Assembly: GCF_051307035.1 (NCBI RefSeq)
Contig: NZ_CP195536.1
Span: forward strand, 1,440,001-1,472,000
Direction: 5' to 3'
DNA from: Psychrobacter sp. DM4
Lineage (GTDB): Bacteria; Pseudomonadota; Gammaproteobacteria; Pseudomonadales; Moraxellaceae
Length of the DNA stretch: 32,000 nt
The translations under genes and the position numbers were made by a program. This document shows positions 9,538 to 18,108 of the stretch, piece after piece. Each line of letters opens with the position of its first letter. The stretch's first letter is position 1. The notes under the pieces are model-generated. The model was given only the letters and a program-made list of their open reading frames with translations, did no database searches and had not been told where the DNA came from.

Positions 9538-10215
9538 TTATTTAGTATGGACAGCTTTGATCTGGGCTTGCACGTATTGCATAAATTCAGGCATATTTGT
9601 CAATCGACCTACGTCCACCTGCTTAGCAATATCAGAGTCCCTCATAGTCTTATTCCACTCTGTCATGCCTGATATCTGCGCCATGATATCCCACTCAAGC
9701 TGTTTGACGGCAAAGCTACTTACGATAGTGTTGACATAATAAACATAGATATCAGCCATAGTAAATTGCTCGCCTGCAATCCAAGGTGAGAACTGACTCA
9801 GACTATTCAAGGCGATAATACCGCGCTCTAAAACTTGACGTACCTCTATAGCAATAGGCTTAGGCACTGGAGTGCCTGAAAAAGTAAACGGTATCAAGCG
9901 GCGGCTTGGTAGCTCAAAGTACAACTCTGCTATCTTCATGATTTGACGTATGGTTGCGCGCTCTTTGGCATCGCTAGGGTATAGCGGCGTATAGGGGTAG
10001 CTCTCTTCAATAAAGTCGCAGATGACACTCGACTCTGATAGATCAAAACCATCGGGCATGGTAATAGCAGGCACTTTGCCTACAGGACTGACGGCTAGTA
10101 ACTCGTCGCTACTCGGATAGACGAGGTTTTCTTGAAATGGAATCTCTTTGTGTAAGAGAACGTGTTTTACTAGGTTGTAGTAGTTGCTCGCGGCAAATCC
10201 ATGCAAAGTGATCAT
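9538..10215 (-). CDS. Glutathione S-transferase family protein
   Basis: 225 aa. The N-terminal thioredoxin-like GST fold pattern (MITLHGFAASNYYNLVKHVLLHKEIPFQ...VSPVGKVPAI...LSESSVICDFIEE) is followed by a helical C-terminal domain. Confidence 0.8.
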   Translation of the reverse strand: MITLHGFAASNYYNLVKHVLLHKEIPFQENLVYPSSDELLAVSPVGKVPAITMPDGFDLSESSVICDFIEESYPYTPLYPSDAKERATIRQIMKIAELYFELPSRRLIPFTFSGTPVPKPIAIEVRQVLERGIIALNSLSQFSPWIAGEQFTMADIYVYYVNTIVSSFAVKQLEWDIMAQISGMTEWNKTMRDSDIAKQVDVGRLTNMPEFMQYVQAQIKAVHTK

Positions 10216-10228
10216 AATTGGTTATCCG

Positions 10229-10273
10229 TAGTTGATATTGTTTTAGTTGATATTGCTTAAGTTGCCAATTTTC
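10229..10273. repeat. 15-bp-period tandem repeat just upstream of the GST start codon
   Basis: TAGTTGATATTG at 10229-10240 and again at 10244-10255, followed by a degenerate third unit AAGTTGCCAATT. Confidence 0.6.
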
Positions 10274-10484
10274 TTATTGACGTCCCTGTTAAGTCTAACT
10301 GAGTTACAGCATATTGAATGCGCTGTAGCAGTACTAAAGCGGTCCCTATAAAGTCAAATCTATTATTACTGGTTTTAATAGGCTTGTATATGCATACAAA
10401 CGTGAATCACTATTGCTTTTATGACAATAATAAGGCGAAAATGCTCAGATATTGCACAATTGAAGATCTAAAAGGAGAGGGGAG

Positions 10485-11426
10485 TTGGATCAATTGCGAG
10501 CCATACGCTACTTTAGTAAAGTCGCTGAAACGGGCAGCTTTACTAAAGCGGCAAAGGCATTTGGAGTACCACCATCATCATTATCAAGGCGAGTTGCTGA
10601 TCTAGAAAAGAATCTGGGTGCCACCTTGTTACAGCGCTCAACTCGCATTGTCAAACTGACAGAAGTGGGTCAGATTTACTATAACGACGTACAGCAAATA
10701 CTCAGTCAGCTCAAACAAAGTGCTGAGACCGTTCAGAGTTATCAAACTACGCCTATGGGGCGTCTGCGCATCAGCTCCATGGTCGGCTTCGGTGAAAAAA
10801 TCCTATTACCATTGTTAGAGGAATTTAGCGCGTTATATCCAAAGATTGTCTTGGATGTGAGCTTAAGTGATGAGCTGTCCACCCTTGGGCGTGATGACGT
10901 CGATATCGCGATTCGCGGCGGTTACGCGCCTAATGAGCGCGTGCTGGCGATAAGGCTTATGGACAATGGTTTTATACCTGTAGCTGCACCAAGTTATTTA
11001 GAGAAATATGGCATGCCTAAAGATGTAATGCAATTAGTACAGCACCGAGGTTTGTATTTTAAAGCGCCAACAGGGCCGACGCCTTGGCTTTGCTATATAG
11101 ACAATCAATGGCACGATGTCTCAGGGCCTGCGGTCGCTATATCAAATAACGGGCCGTGGCTGGCAAAAAAGGCATGTAATGGCGACGGTATTTTGATGTC
11201 AACGCGCTGGGCGTTAGCCTCATATCTAGAGTCAGGACAGCTGATAGAGCTAAAGTTTGCGCATAAATTAGCGATTACCCAGCAGGCAGATATGGCGGTT
11301 TATTTGTTGTATCAAAAGCAGCGCTACTTAGTCCCTAAAGTAAAAGCCGCTGTGGACTTTTTGGTTAAGAGAATCAAAGTGGATAGTGAGCAGATAAATA
11401 ATATCGTTGAATCAAATGCTAACTAA
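10485..11426 (+). CDS. LysR-family transcriptional regulator (divergent from the GST/oxidoreductase pair)
   Basis: TTG start preceded by AAAGGAGAGGGG. The N-terminal DQLRAIRYFSKVAETGSFTKAAKAFGVPPSSLSRRVADLEKNLGATLLQRSTR is a canonical LysR HTH. 313 aa. Confidence 0.9.
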   Translation: MDQLRAIRYFSKVAETGSFTKAAKAFGVPPSSLSRRVADLEKNLGATLLQRSTRIVKLTEVGQIYYNDVQQILSQLKQSAETVQSYQTTPMGRLRISSMVGFGEKILLPLLEEFSALYPKIVLDVSLSDELSTLGRDDVDIAIRGGYAPNERVLAIRLMDNGFIPVAAPSYLEKYGMPKDVMQLVQHRGLYFKAPTGPTPWLCYIDNQWHDVSGPAVAISNNGPWLAKKACNGDGILMSTRWALASYLESGQLIELKFAHKLAITQQADMAVYLLYQKQRYLVPKVKAAVDFLVKRIKVDSEQINNIVESNAN

Positions 11427-11592
11427 CTATAAATAGAGTCTATTTAACATAATATACATTATACGAAAACAAACCAACGGTGTTTAGGGTTGAGTATATT
11501 TCTTTATTAGCTAAAAATAACATCATTGATTTTCACAGAATCTACTTAACCTTTTATAACTCACACGCTAGCATGATTTTAACGACTGATGA

Positions 11593-12066
11593 TTAACGAC
11601 AACTCTTAATTAAATGCTCTCGTAAAGATGCGCCGTCGTTATACAAGATAACATCCGCTATTTGGCAGACGCTCTCATCGCACACCAATTCATAATGCAC
11701 ATTGTCGCCTTGCGCTAAATTGACTTGAACCAATCCACTTGTCATCATTGAAAAGGTTTTGTCTTGCGTATAGTCAGGATCTTGCGAGCTCCACAGCACA
11801 TCATAGCCAATATGGCAGGATATTTGCTCTTTATCAAAATAATCTTGCTCAAGCTGCATAGCAGCCTGTAGCTCTGGATTGGCGTATTGTTGCAATGTAG
11901 ACGGATGATCTTGCCCTCGGTTGTGGCTATCTTGTTCATACATCTTAGCGATCGTTTCTACTTTTAGCGCAAAAGCGGTCTGTAGCGGCTCCGTTAGGTT
12001 TGCGCTTGCCGTTATTGCAAACACTCCTATGATAAGCACTGTTATTGACAAAATCGATTTTTGCAT
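11593..12066 (-). CDS. Hypothetical secreted protein (possibly DUF3828-like)
   Basis: 157 aa with an N-terminal signal peptide (MQKSILSITVLIIGVFAITASA) and four Cys in the mature part. The family assignment is a weak recollection only. Confidence 0.55.
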   Translation of the reverse strand: MQKSILSITVLIIGVFAITASANLTEPLQTAFALKVETIAKMYEQDSHNRGQDHPSTLQQYANPELQAAMQLEQDYFDKEQISCHIGYDVLWSSQDPDYTQDKTFSMMTSGLVQVNLAQGDNVHYELVCDESVCQIADVILYNDGASLREHLIKSCR

Positions 12067-12218
12067 GGTGTCCTGCGTTTATGCTATCTTAAATCATATA
12101 TTCATCAAAACACATAAAACGCTATCTCTACTTATAAGCATCATTTAAAAGGTCGCATTATTTAGGTTAAACGGACAACTACCGTTTGCTATATTCCCAT
12201 ACTGATAAGGATATTATT

Positions 12219-12881
12219 ATGATCTCATCTCGTTTTAATTTATCTTACCCTTGTCTTAAGTCCCTATTGACCGTAGCACTCTTTGTACCCCTTGTAGTGA
12301 CCAGCGGTTGTCAACTCTCTGCTGAGTCAAACGCGACGACACAGTCACCAAATAACACATCTACTCCCTCTGATATGAGCCAGCAAACCCTTATACAGCA
12401 AGCAATGCGTATTCAGCGTGCACTGGCCAATAACGCCTATACGAGAATCACCGATGATATTCATCCGACGCGTGGCGTGCGTTTTTCTATGTACGCCTAT
12501 ATTCAACCTGAATCCGACAAAGTGTTTAGCCGCGATCAATACGCACAATATCTCGATGAATCCAATATTCGCTTCACTTGGGGCCAAAAAGACGGTACTG
12601 GCGAGCTATATGTCACACCATTGCCAGATTATCTCAAAAATTGGGTGAAAGCCGACTATTATTACAACCAGTCAACGACCATCAACAGTAGCGCTGCCGT
12701 AGGAAATAGTATCAATAATTTGCATCAAATATATCAAAATTCAGACTATGTTGAGTTCTATAACCCCGGGGTCAATCCTGACTATGGTGGCCTGGACTGG
12801 CGGGCATTACGACTGGTATTTGATGAGTACCAAGGTAAGCGCTATCTAGTTGCTATTATCAGTGATAAATGGACAACATAA
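12219..12881 (+). CDS. Hypothetical lipoprotein
   Basis: ATG at 12219 with AAGGA 8 nt upstream. Signal peptide ends in a lipobox (LVVTSG-C), then comes an S/T/N/Q-rich linker. No family recognised. Confidence 0.6.
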   Translation: MISSRFNLSYPCLKSLLTVALFVPLVVTSGCQLSAESNATTQSPNNTSTPSDMSQQTLIQQAMRIQRALANNAYTRITDDIHPTRGVRFSMYAYIQPESDKVFSRDQYAQYLDESNIRFTWGQKDGTGELYVTPLPDYLKNWVKADYYYNQSTTINSSAAVGNSINNLHQIYQNSDYVEFYNPGVNPDYGGLDWRALRLVFDEYQGKRYLVAIISDKWTT

Positions 12882-12989
12882 GTCGTTCATTTATGTGCGA
12901 TTCATTATTGTTATAAAGTTTAGATAAAACATTAGATGCAACGCTCCATTCTTGATGACTACTACTATATATTCGTATTTAGTCATATA

Positions 12990-13733
12990 TTAAATTGGGG
13001 ATTGCTTAAAGAATTTGACCATGATGTCGTAAATATCAGGATAAGCGTCAACGAGCTTTTGCGGCGTCTCAAAGAATACTTCACTTAGCACAGCAAAGAA
13101 CTCAGCAGGATTGGTCGTGCCATAACGATCAAGACCTGATTTGCGGTGTTTTTGGAAGTCCTCAAAGTCTCGACTCATAATGGTCGTCCAGCGCTTAGGG
13201 TCCATATCATGCTGCAAAGGCGGGAAACCATTGGCGCGGCCATTCAACATATCGAGCTTATGCACGAACTCATGAATAACCACGTTATGACCATCGCGCT
13301 CACCTGAATGCTTAGCATCTTTCCATGAGAGTATCACAGGCCCGCGCTGCCATGCCTCCCCGCTTCGATGCTGTTGGCCTTCGTGGACGATACCGAACTC
13401 ATCGACTGTTTTGGCATCACTTTTGTAAGACCCAGGATAAATAATAATCGACGACCAGCCCGCGTACCAATCGAGATTTAGATTCAGTATCGGCAAACAA
13501 GCTTGCAAAGCAATCGACTGTTTGACCGCATCTGTAATCTCAAAGCCTTGCGCGCCTGTGATTGATTTGTCATTTAAGAATAAAGTAGCAAGATCAAATA
13601 AGCGCGCCATTTCTTCGTTGTCTAATCGATCCAATATAACGATGCGCTTAGCCGCGCGCTGCCAGTCATCATTTGTCAAATCGCTTTTATCTAATATGCG
13701 CTGTTCACGCCAGTCTTTTATCATCTCAAACAT
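12990..13733 (-). CDS. mtfA: MtfA-type zinc metallopeptidase (peptidase M90 family)
   Basis: 247 aa with the HEFVHKLD zinc motif and downstream ..NPAEFFAVLSEVFFE.., characteristic of MtfA (Mlc titration factor A) proteins. Confidence 0.8.
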   Translation of the reverse strand: MFEMIKDWREQRILDKSDLTNDDWQRAAKRIVILDRLDNEEMARLFDLATLFLNDKSITGAQGFEITDAVKQSIALQACLPILNLNLDWYAGWSSIIIYPGSYKSDAKTVDEFGIVHEGQQHRSGEAWQRGPVILSWKDAKHSGERDGHNVVIHEFVHKLDMLNGRANGFPPLQHDMDPKRWTTIMSRDFEDFQKHRKSGLDRYGTTNPAEFFAVLSEVFFETPQKLVDAYPDIYDIMVKFFKQSPI

Positions 13734-13788
13734 TCGGTATTTCCTCTATTTTTGGACCGTTTTGTATTCTTAATTAACCCTCTATTAT

Positions 13789-14105
13789 TTATTGCTGCCA
13801 TCGCATCAAGGTTGCTAGGCAAATAGCGTCTAAATTATAAAAAACATTACGTCGAACTTGACGCTTTCCTTCCTGACGAACTACCGAGGAATACTCGGTA
13901 GTTGCCTCTTTAAGCAATTCACCTTCTTGATAAATGTTTTTTAGATGCAATCCAATCGTATCGGAATCCTTTTTAAACAGAGTCGCTAATTGTGCTTGCG
14001 AGAGCCACAAAGTATAGTGTTCAAAGTATAGTGTTCTAAGCGAATTTCGATTTCAGCTTGTCCATTTTCTAGCTGATATCTCTCTATTCTGCTAATAGAT
14101 TGCAT
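13789..14105 (-). pseudogene. RhuM-family (virulence/DNA-binding protein) N-terminal fragment, frameshifted and C-terminally truncated
   Basis: The track ORF 13789-14010 reads WLSQAQLATLFKKDSDTIGLHLKNIYQEGELLKEATTEYSSVVRQEGKRQVRRNVFYNLDAI, the N-terminal pattern I recognise from RhuM-family proteins. An ATG at 14105 opens MQSISRIERYQLENGQAEIEIRLEHYTL and joins this frame only if one copy of the 14-bp duplication is removed. The sequence leaves the family pattern right after YNLDAI and stops, so only about 100 residues remain of what I recall as a roughly 300-aa family. Confidence 0.6.
14008..14035. repeat. Perfect 14-bp tandem duplication (CAAAGTATAGTGTT x2)
   Basis: Read directly: 14008-14021 equals 14022-14035. 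14 is not a multiple of 3, so the duplication shifts the RhuM-like frame. Confidence 0.95.
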
Positions 14106-14333
14106 CTAGTTATCCTCTATGATTTCGATGAGGCTATTCTTCTACTGCTTTTTTGAACTATCGCAAAATTTGCGACAGTTGCTTTGTCATTCAGCTTATA
14201 GCCATCCAGCTCATATTGGCTAACGATACGCGGCGATAATACTTATATACTGGCGAATTATTTTATCAATATTAATTTGCAGTATGAGGTCTATTTGTAG
14301 CTAGTTTATCGCTGCTTTTAGCAGCATCTTGCA

Positions 14334-14816
14334 TTAACTGACGACCTTAGCAGTCGCATCTAATTGAGTCTCTACCACCCGAAGCGCCATTGACTTCCAA
14401 TCCAAATCCTTGTCATGGGTCAGCGCAACATGATGACTGATACTCACATAACCATGCACGATGGCCCAAACATCTAACGCCATTTGACGGCGCTCTGAAT
14501 GACTAGCCTCATCCGCTAAATATGAACCCGCTACTTGCACCAGCTTTGCAAAGGCTTCATCTCTTGCAGCGATAGCCTCCTCTGAGGGCACATAGCCTGC
14601 ATCAGACTCCCCAAAGATGAGCCGATAATGCGCCTCGTGCTGTTCGCCGACAGTAAGGTAACCCAAGCACGACTCTAACACTTGCGCTTTACTCGCCTTA
14701 CCATCGACAACGACATTCATAGCCTCGCTGACCAGATTGAAACCTTCGATATAAAGCGCGTCCAATATACCCTGCTTACCCTGAAAATGGCTATAGATGC
14801 CGATAATCGATGGTAC
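14334..14816 (-). pseudogene. TetR/AcrR-family regulator lacking its N-terminal HTH domain
   Basis: The 143-aa track ORF looks like a TetR C-terminal ligand domain (..AHYRLIFGE....VWAIVHGYVSI..). Extending the frame upstream gives only VPSIIGIYSHFQGKQGILDALY, which is the tail of the HTH region, and then a stop at 14817-14819. The roughly 40 residues that normally form helices 1-3 are absent. Confidence 0.55.
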
Positions 14817-15801
14817 TTATTTTAAGACCTCCGTGCCAGCCACACATACGCCAAGTTTTACGGTCGCTGATGGCGTCGAGTTTGCCCCTTTAAACGATTT
14901 ACCTTATTTAAAACAAGCGCGCAAAGGCTACGTCGTCATTGGTGGCGGCAAAACAGGTATCGATGCGGTACTCTGGCTACTTGGTAACGATGTCAATCCA
15001 GACCATATCACATGGATTATGCCAAGAGATGGCTGGCTTATCGACCGCAAAAATACTCAGCCCTCGCGTGAGTTTTTTGAGCAGACTATGGGCGCGCAAG
15101 CCAATCAAGCCGAAGCGGTTGCTACTGCCGAAAATATAGAGGATCTGTTTGATCGCTTAGAGCAAGGCGGTGTACTAATGCGTATTGATACGAATGTGCG
15201 CCCGCAGATGTTCCATGGCGCAACCGTTAGTACTGATGAGCTGACCGAGCTACGTCGAGTCAAAAACGTGGTACGTAAAGGCCGCGTGACTCGAATAGAC
15301 ATCGATCAAATTGTCTTTACTGAAGAAGATAGCATAGCGACGACGACCAATACTATGCATATTGATTGCTCTGCCCGCGCGGTACCCGTGACCGAGACTT
15401 ATGATGTCTTTCAAAAGAATAAGATTGTGGTACAAACGGTACGCTCTTATCAGCCCATTTTTAGTGCTGCTTTTATCGCGCACATCGAAGCCAGCTATGA
15501 TGATGAAGCGTTAAAAAACAAGCTATGCCAAGTAGTGCCTCTACCCAATCATGATACCGACTGGCTAACGGGTCTAGTGGCACAAATGCAAAACCATATG
15601 CGTTGGACTAAAGAACCTGATATCCGTGAGTGGCTACTAAGCAACCGCTTGGATGGCTTTACTCATCTCACGCAGGTAAGCTGTGAGACAACCCCTGAAC
15701 AGATGGCGATACTCATGCGTCTAAAAGCGGCAGGACCAAAAGCTGCTGCGAATATGCCAAAATTGATGTTTGAGGTGATGAAAATAACGGCCGAACGGTA
15801 G
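14797..15801 (+). pseudogene. FAD/NAD(P)-binding oxidoreductase (flavin monooxygenase-like) lacking its N-terminal FAD-binding segment
   Basis: The only dinucleotide-binding motif, YVVIGGGKTGIDAVLWLL, sits at residue 45. That looks like the second (NAD(P)) motif of two-dinucleotide-binding flavoproteins. No N-terminal GxGxxG is present and a stop (TAG 14794-14796) lies immediately upstream. There is no SD or promoter space because the TetR remnant abuts it. Confidence 0.5.
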
Positions 15802-15933
15802 GCTCAGGTTCAAGTCCAAGCTTAAGTTATGATAGATAGCCATACCACTAAAAAGGACACTATCAACAGTCATACTGCTAAATAGTGATAGTTGATGAAC
15901 GTTATGATCTAAATAAAACACAAGGAGAAGATA

Positions 15934-17024
15934 ATGTTGGACACTAAGATGCAAGAATTCCAAACCAATAAGGCTGAGTTGACCCAGTCGCGAATAGTAG
16001 AGACGGATAAGCAAACAATTAATGACGGCGAAGTATTGGTAAAAGTCGATCGCTTTGCTTTTACCGCGAATAACATCACTTACGCAGTAATGGGCGATCA
16101 TCTGCGCTATTGGCAGTTCTTCGCGCCTAATGGCGATAACGCAGAACAATGGGGCATCATTCCCGTTTGGGGTTTTGCCGATGTCGTTGAATCAAACAAC
16201 GATGACGTCCCTATAGGTGATAGGCTTTTTGGATATTTCCCGCCAGCCACTGAACTTGTGATTAATCCTGTCAAAGTGGATGGTTCAAGCCTCATGGATG
16301 GTAGCGCTCATCGCTCGCATCTACCGCCAGGCTATAACTTATATCAACGCGTCAATGATGAAGCAGGCTACGACCGCGCTTATGATAATCAGCGCATGCT
16401 ACTTGCCGTATTACACCTAACTGCGTTTTGTATCCACGATATGCTGACGAGCAACAACTGGTACGAAGCTGAGCAAGTCATCGTAATTAGTGCTTCTAGT
16501 AAGACTAGTTGGGGTATGGGCTGGTCGATGACGCAGATGCACCAGCAGCGATTGGTCTGACCTCTAGCCGTCATATAGACTTTGTACAGTCGATCGATGC
16601 CTATAACAATGTGCTGAGCTATGATGATATCGAAAACATTGACGCAAGCAAACCAACGGTCATCATCGATATGTCTGCTAATACTGATGTGCTAAGCCGC
16701 TTACACACGCATTTGGGTGATAATATGCGCTTTACGAGCAATGTTGGACTCACCCATTGGGACGAGCCGCGCCAGACCAAGGGTATTATCGCCGCGCGTA
16801 GTGAGCAGTTTTTTGCGCCCAGTCAAATTCAAAAGCTGATAAAAGAATGGGGCGCAGAAGAATTTAATAAGCGCTCCATGCGCTATATTATGGCATGCAC
16901 TGCCAAAACGAGTACCTGGCTAAAAATTAAAGATCTAAAAAGTATTGAGGAGTTATCGACCGTTTACAAAGACGTTTGTGATGGCAAGATACCTGCTAAT
17001 GAGGGTTTAGTCGTGGTCATGTGA
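15934..17024 (+). pseudogene. DUF2855-family protein, split by a -1 frameshift near 16507-16512
   Basis: ORF 15934-16560 (..RFAFTANNITYAVMGDHLRYWQFFAP...WGIIPVWGFADVVES..IGDRLFGYFP..) and ORF 16509-17024 read as the two halves of one protein. Frame 1 ends ISASSKTS and then turns to nonsense. The other frame continues LGYGLVDDADAPAAIGLTSS. One missing base in ACTAGTTGGGG would restore a single 362-363-codon frame. Good AAGGAG SD before 15934. Confidence 0.6.
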
Positions 17025-17085
17025 TAGCAAATTTACTAAAAATGCGACTTAGATTGATTGCAAATGCTAATTGAGAACCTCTTAA

Positions 17086-17118
17086 AAGGCAACGCATATA
17101 ACTTATAAGTGTTGCCTT
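17086..17118. terminator. Hairpin between convergent genes (AAGGCAAC-17 nt-GTTGCCTT)
   Basis: 8-bp perfect stem with only a weak U-tract (TT on the minus strand). Confidence 0.35.
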
Positions 17119-17177
17119 CTATCGTTTATCCCTAATATTAGGGCGTGTTTGATATTCGATCGTGTCAATGATAGAGA

Positions 17178-17843
17178 CTATTTTTTAGGCGATACCCAGC
17201 CCTCTTCTTGCAAATACTCATATAAGCCTTCGGCAAAATAGCGATATCCTGCCGCATTGGGGTGAATCTGATCCGACTTAAGCCTTTCATTCGATATAAT
17301 CTCTGACCAGCGTTTGCTATATAGCGATACGTTTTCGCTTTTGGCAATCTGCTTATAGATAGGATTATCACTAGCTCTACCGAATAACGCGCTGGTACTA
17401 AAATACGGCTCAGCGATGAGAATAACTGGAATATCCGCAGCTTTTAATCGTTGAACCGTTTGCGTGATATTGCTTGTCGTCGTACCTGATTGCACCCGCC
17501 TCAAGACGTCATTACCGCCGACTCCGAATAATACCAGATCAGGATTAAGAGTGATGACTTGATCTATACGCGCCAGCACATCAGCTGAGGTATCACCGTT
17601 GACCCCTAAATTGATAACCCGCCACCCTGTCAGTCCAGTCAATATACTAGGATAATTGCTTTGCGCGTTCGTACCATAGCCATAGGTGAGCGAATCACCT
17701 AAAGCCACTACGCTACTGCCCGCTGGCAAGACCTGCATATCTCTATCCCTACTACAGCCTGTAGTCGATGCAGCTGCGCCTATCATCATAGACAACATCA
17801 TGACTATCGACTTAATATTAGTTTCACTTTTAATAAGTGTCAT
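17178..17843 (-). CDS. SGNH/GDSL-family hydrolase lipoprotein (TesA/arylesterase-like)
   Basis: Contains block I VVALGDSLTYGYG, block III FGVGGNDVLR and block V DQIHPNAAGY. I prefer the ATG at 17843 (AAGAAGG upstream), giving MTLIKS...AAASTTG-C with a lipobox. The 33-codon 5' extension in the track looks spurious. Confidence 0.8.
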   Translation of the reverse strand: MTLIKSETNIKSIVMMLSMMIGAAASTTGCSRDRDMQVLPAGSSVVALGDSLTYGYGTNAQSNYPSILTGLTGWRVINLGVNGDTSADVLARIDQVITLNPDLVLFGVGGNDVLRRVQSGTTTSNITQTVQRLKAADIPVILIAEPYFSTSALFGRASDNPIYKQIAKSENVSLYSKRWSEIISNERLKSDQIHPNAAGYRYFAEGLYEYLQEEGWVSPKK

Positions 17844-18044
17844 CCATTCGCCTTCTTTATTACTTTTTAATATATGGGACTCGTTGAGGTTGACAAGTCG
17901 TAAATTAAGTTTAACGTCTAAAATAAAATCTAACAAAAACAATTTATTAATATCAAACCTCTGTTGTGTAATACCCTATAGACAGGTTATAGTCATAGCA
18001 ATTCTATGATATCGGCTTAGTTTTTACTCATTGCAAGACTAAGT

Positions 18045-18073
18045 TTGTCAACGATAGCCTGTCTATTTATCAT
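18045..18073 (+). promoter_or_regulatory. Candidate sigma70-type promoter of the Anbu operon (TTGTCA-17 nt-TATCAT)
   Basis: -35 TTGTCA at 18045-18050, a 17-nt spacer, and -10 TATCAT at 18068-18073, about 35 nt upstream of the preferred start at 18109. Sequence match only. Confidence 0.3.
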
Positions 18074-18108
18074 AATTTGTCACTCAACCAAAGATGCGTG
18101 AGGTATTC

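Noticed and set aside
9080-9672. Antisense or overlapping track ORFs inside well-supported genes, for example 9080-9469(+), 9343-9672(+), 26450-26926(+), 28933-29406(-), 22906-23271(+), 20103-20321(-) and 29758-29952(-)
   Set aside because: Each overlaps a gene with a clear family signature on the opposite strand or in another frame. Each lacks its own SD or start context and any recognisable motif.
10318-10605. 95-aa ORF overlapping the LysR start region
   Set aside because: It runs through AT-rich intergenic DNA into the LysR gene in another frame, has no SD, and gives a compositionally odd translation. The LysR frame, with its TTG start and strong SD, explains the region.
14117-14232. Possible second, more degenerate RhuM-like fragment upstream of the first (minus-strand ..SQYELDGYKLNDKATVANFAIVQKSSRR..)
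   Set aside because: There is only a loose pattern resemblance over about 35 residues, bounded by stops on both sides. It cannot be distinguished from chance without an alignment or HMM score. It is worth a BLASTX but is not reported as a feature.
15721-16149. 142-aa minus-strand ORF spanning the oxidoreductase/DUF2855 junction
   Set aside because: It is antisense to two recognisable genes and to the intergenic SD region. The translation is Leu/Ile/Phe-rich, typical of antisense AT-rich sequence.
17130-17143. Perfect 14-bp palindrome CCCTAATATTAGGG just downstream of the SGNH hydrolase stop
   Set aside because: It is real in the sequence but isolated. It has no U-tract, no second copy in the window and no adjacent regulator. 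It may be a weak hairpin or chance. There is not enough evidence to assign a function.
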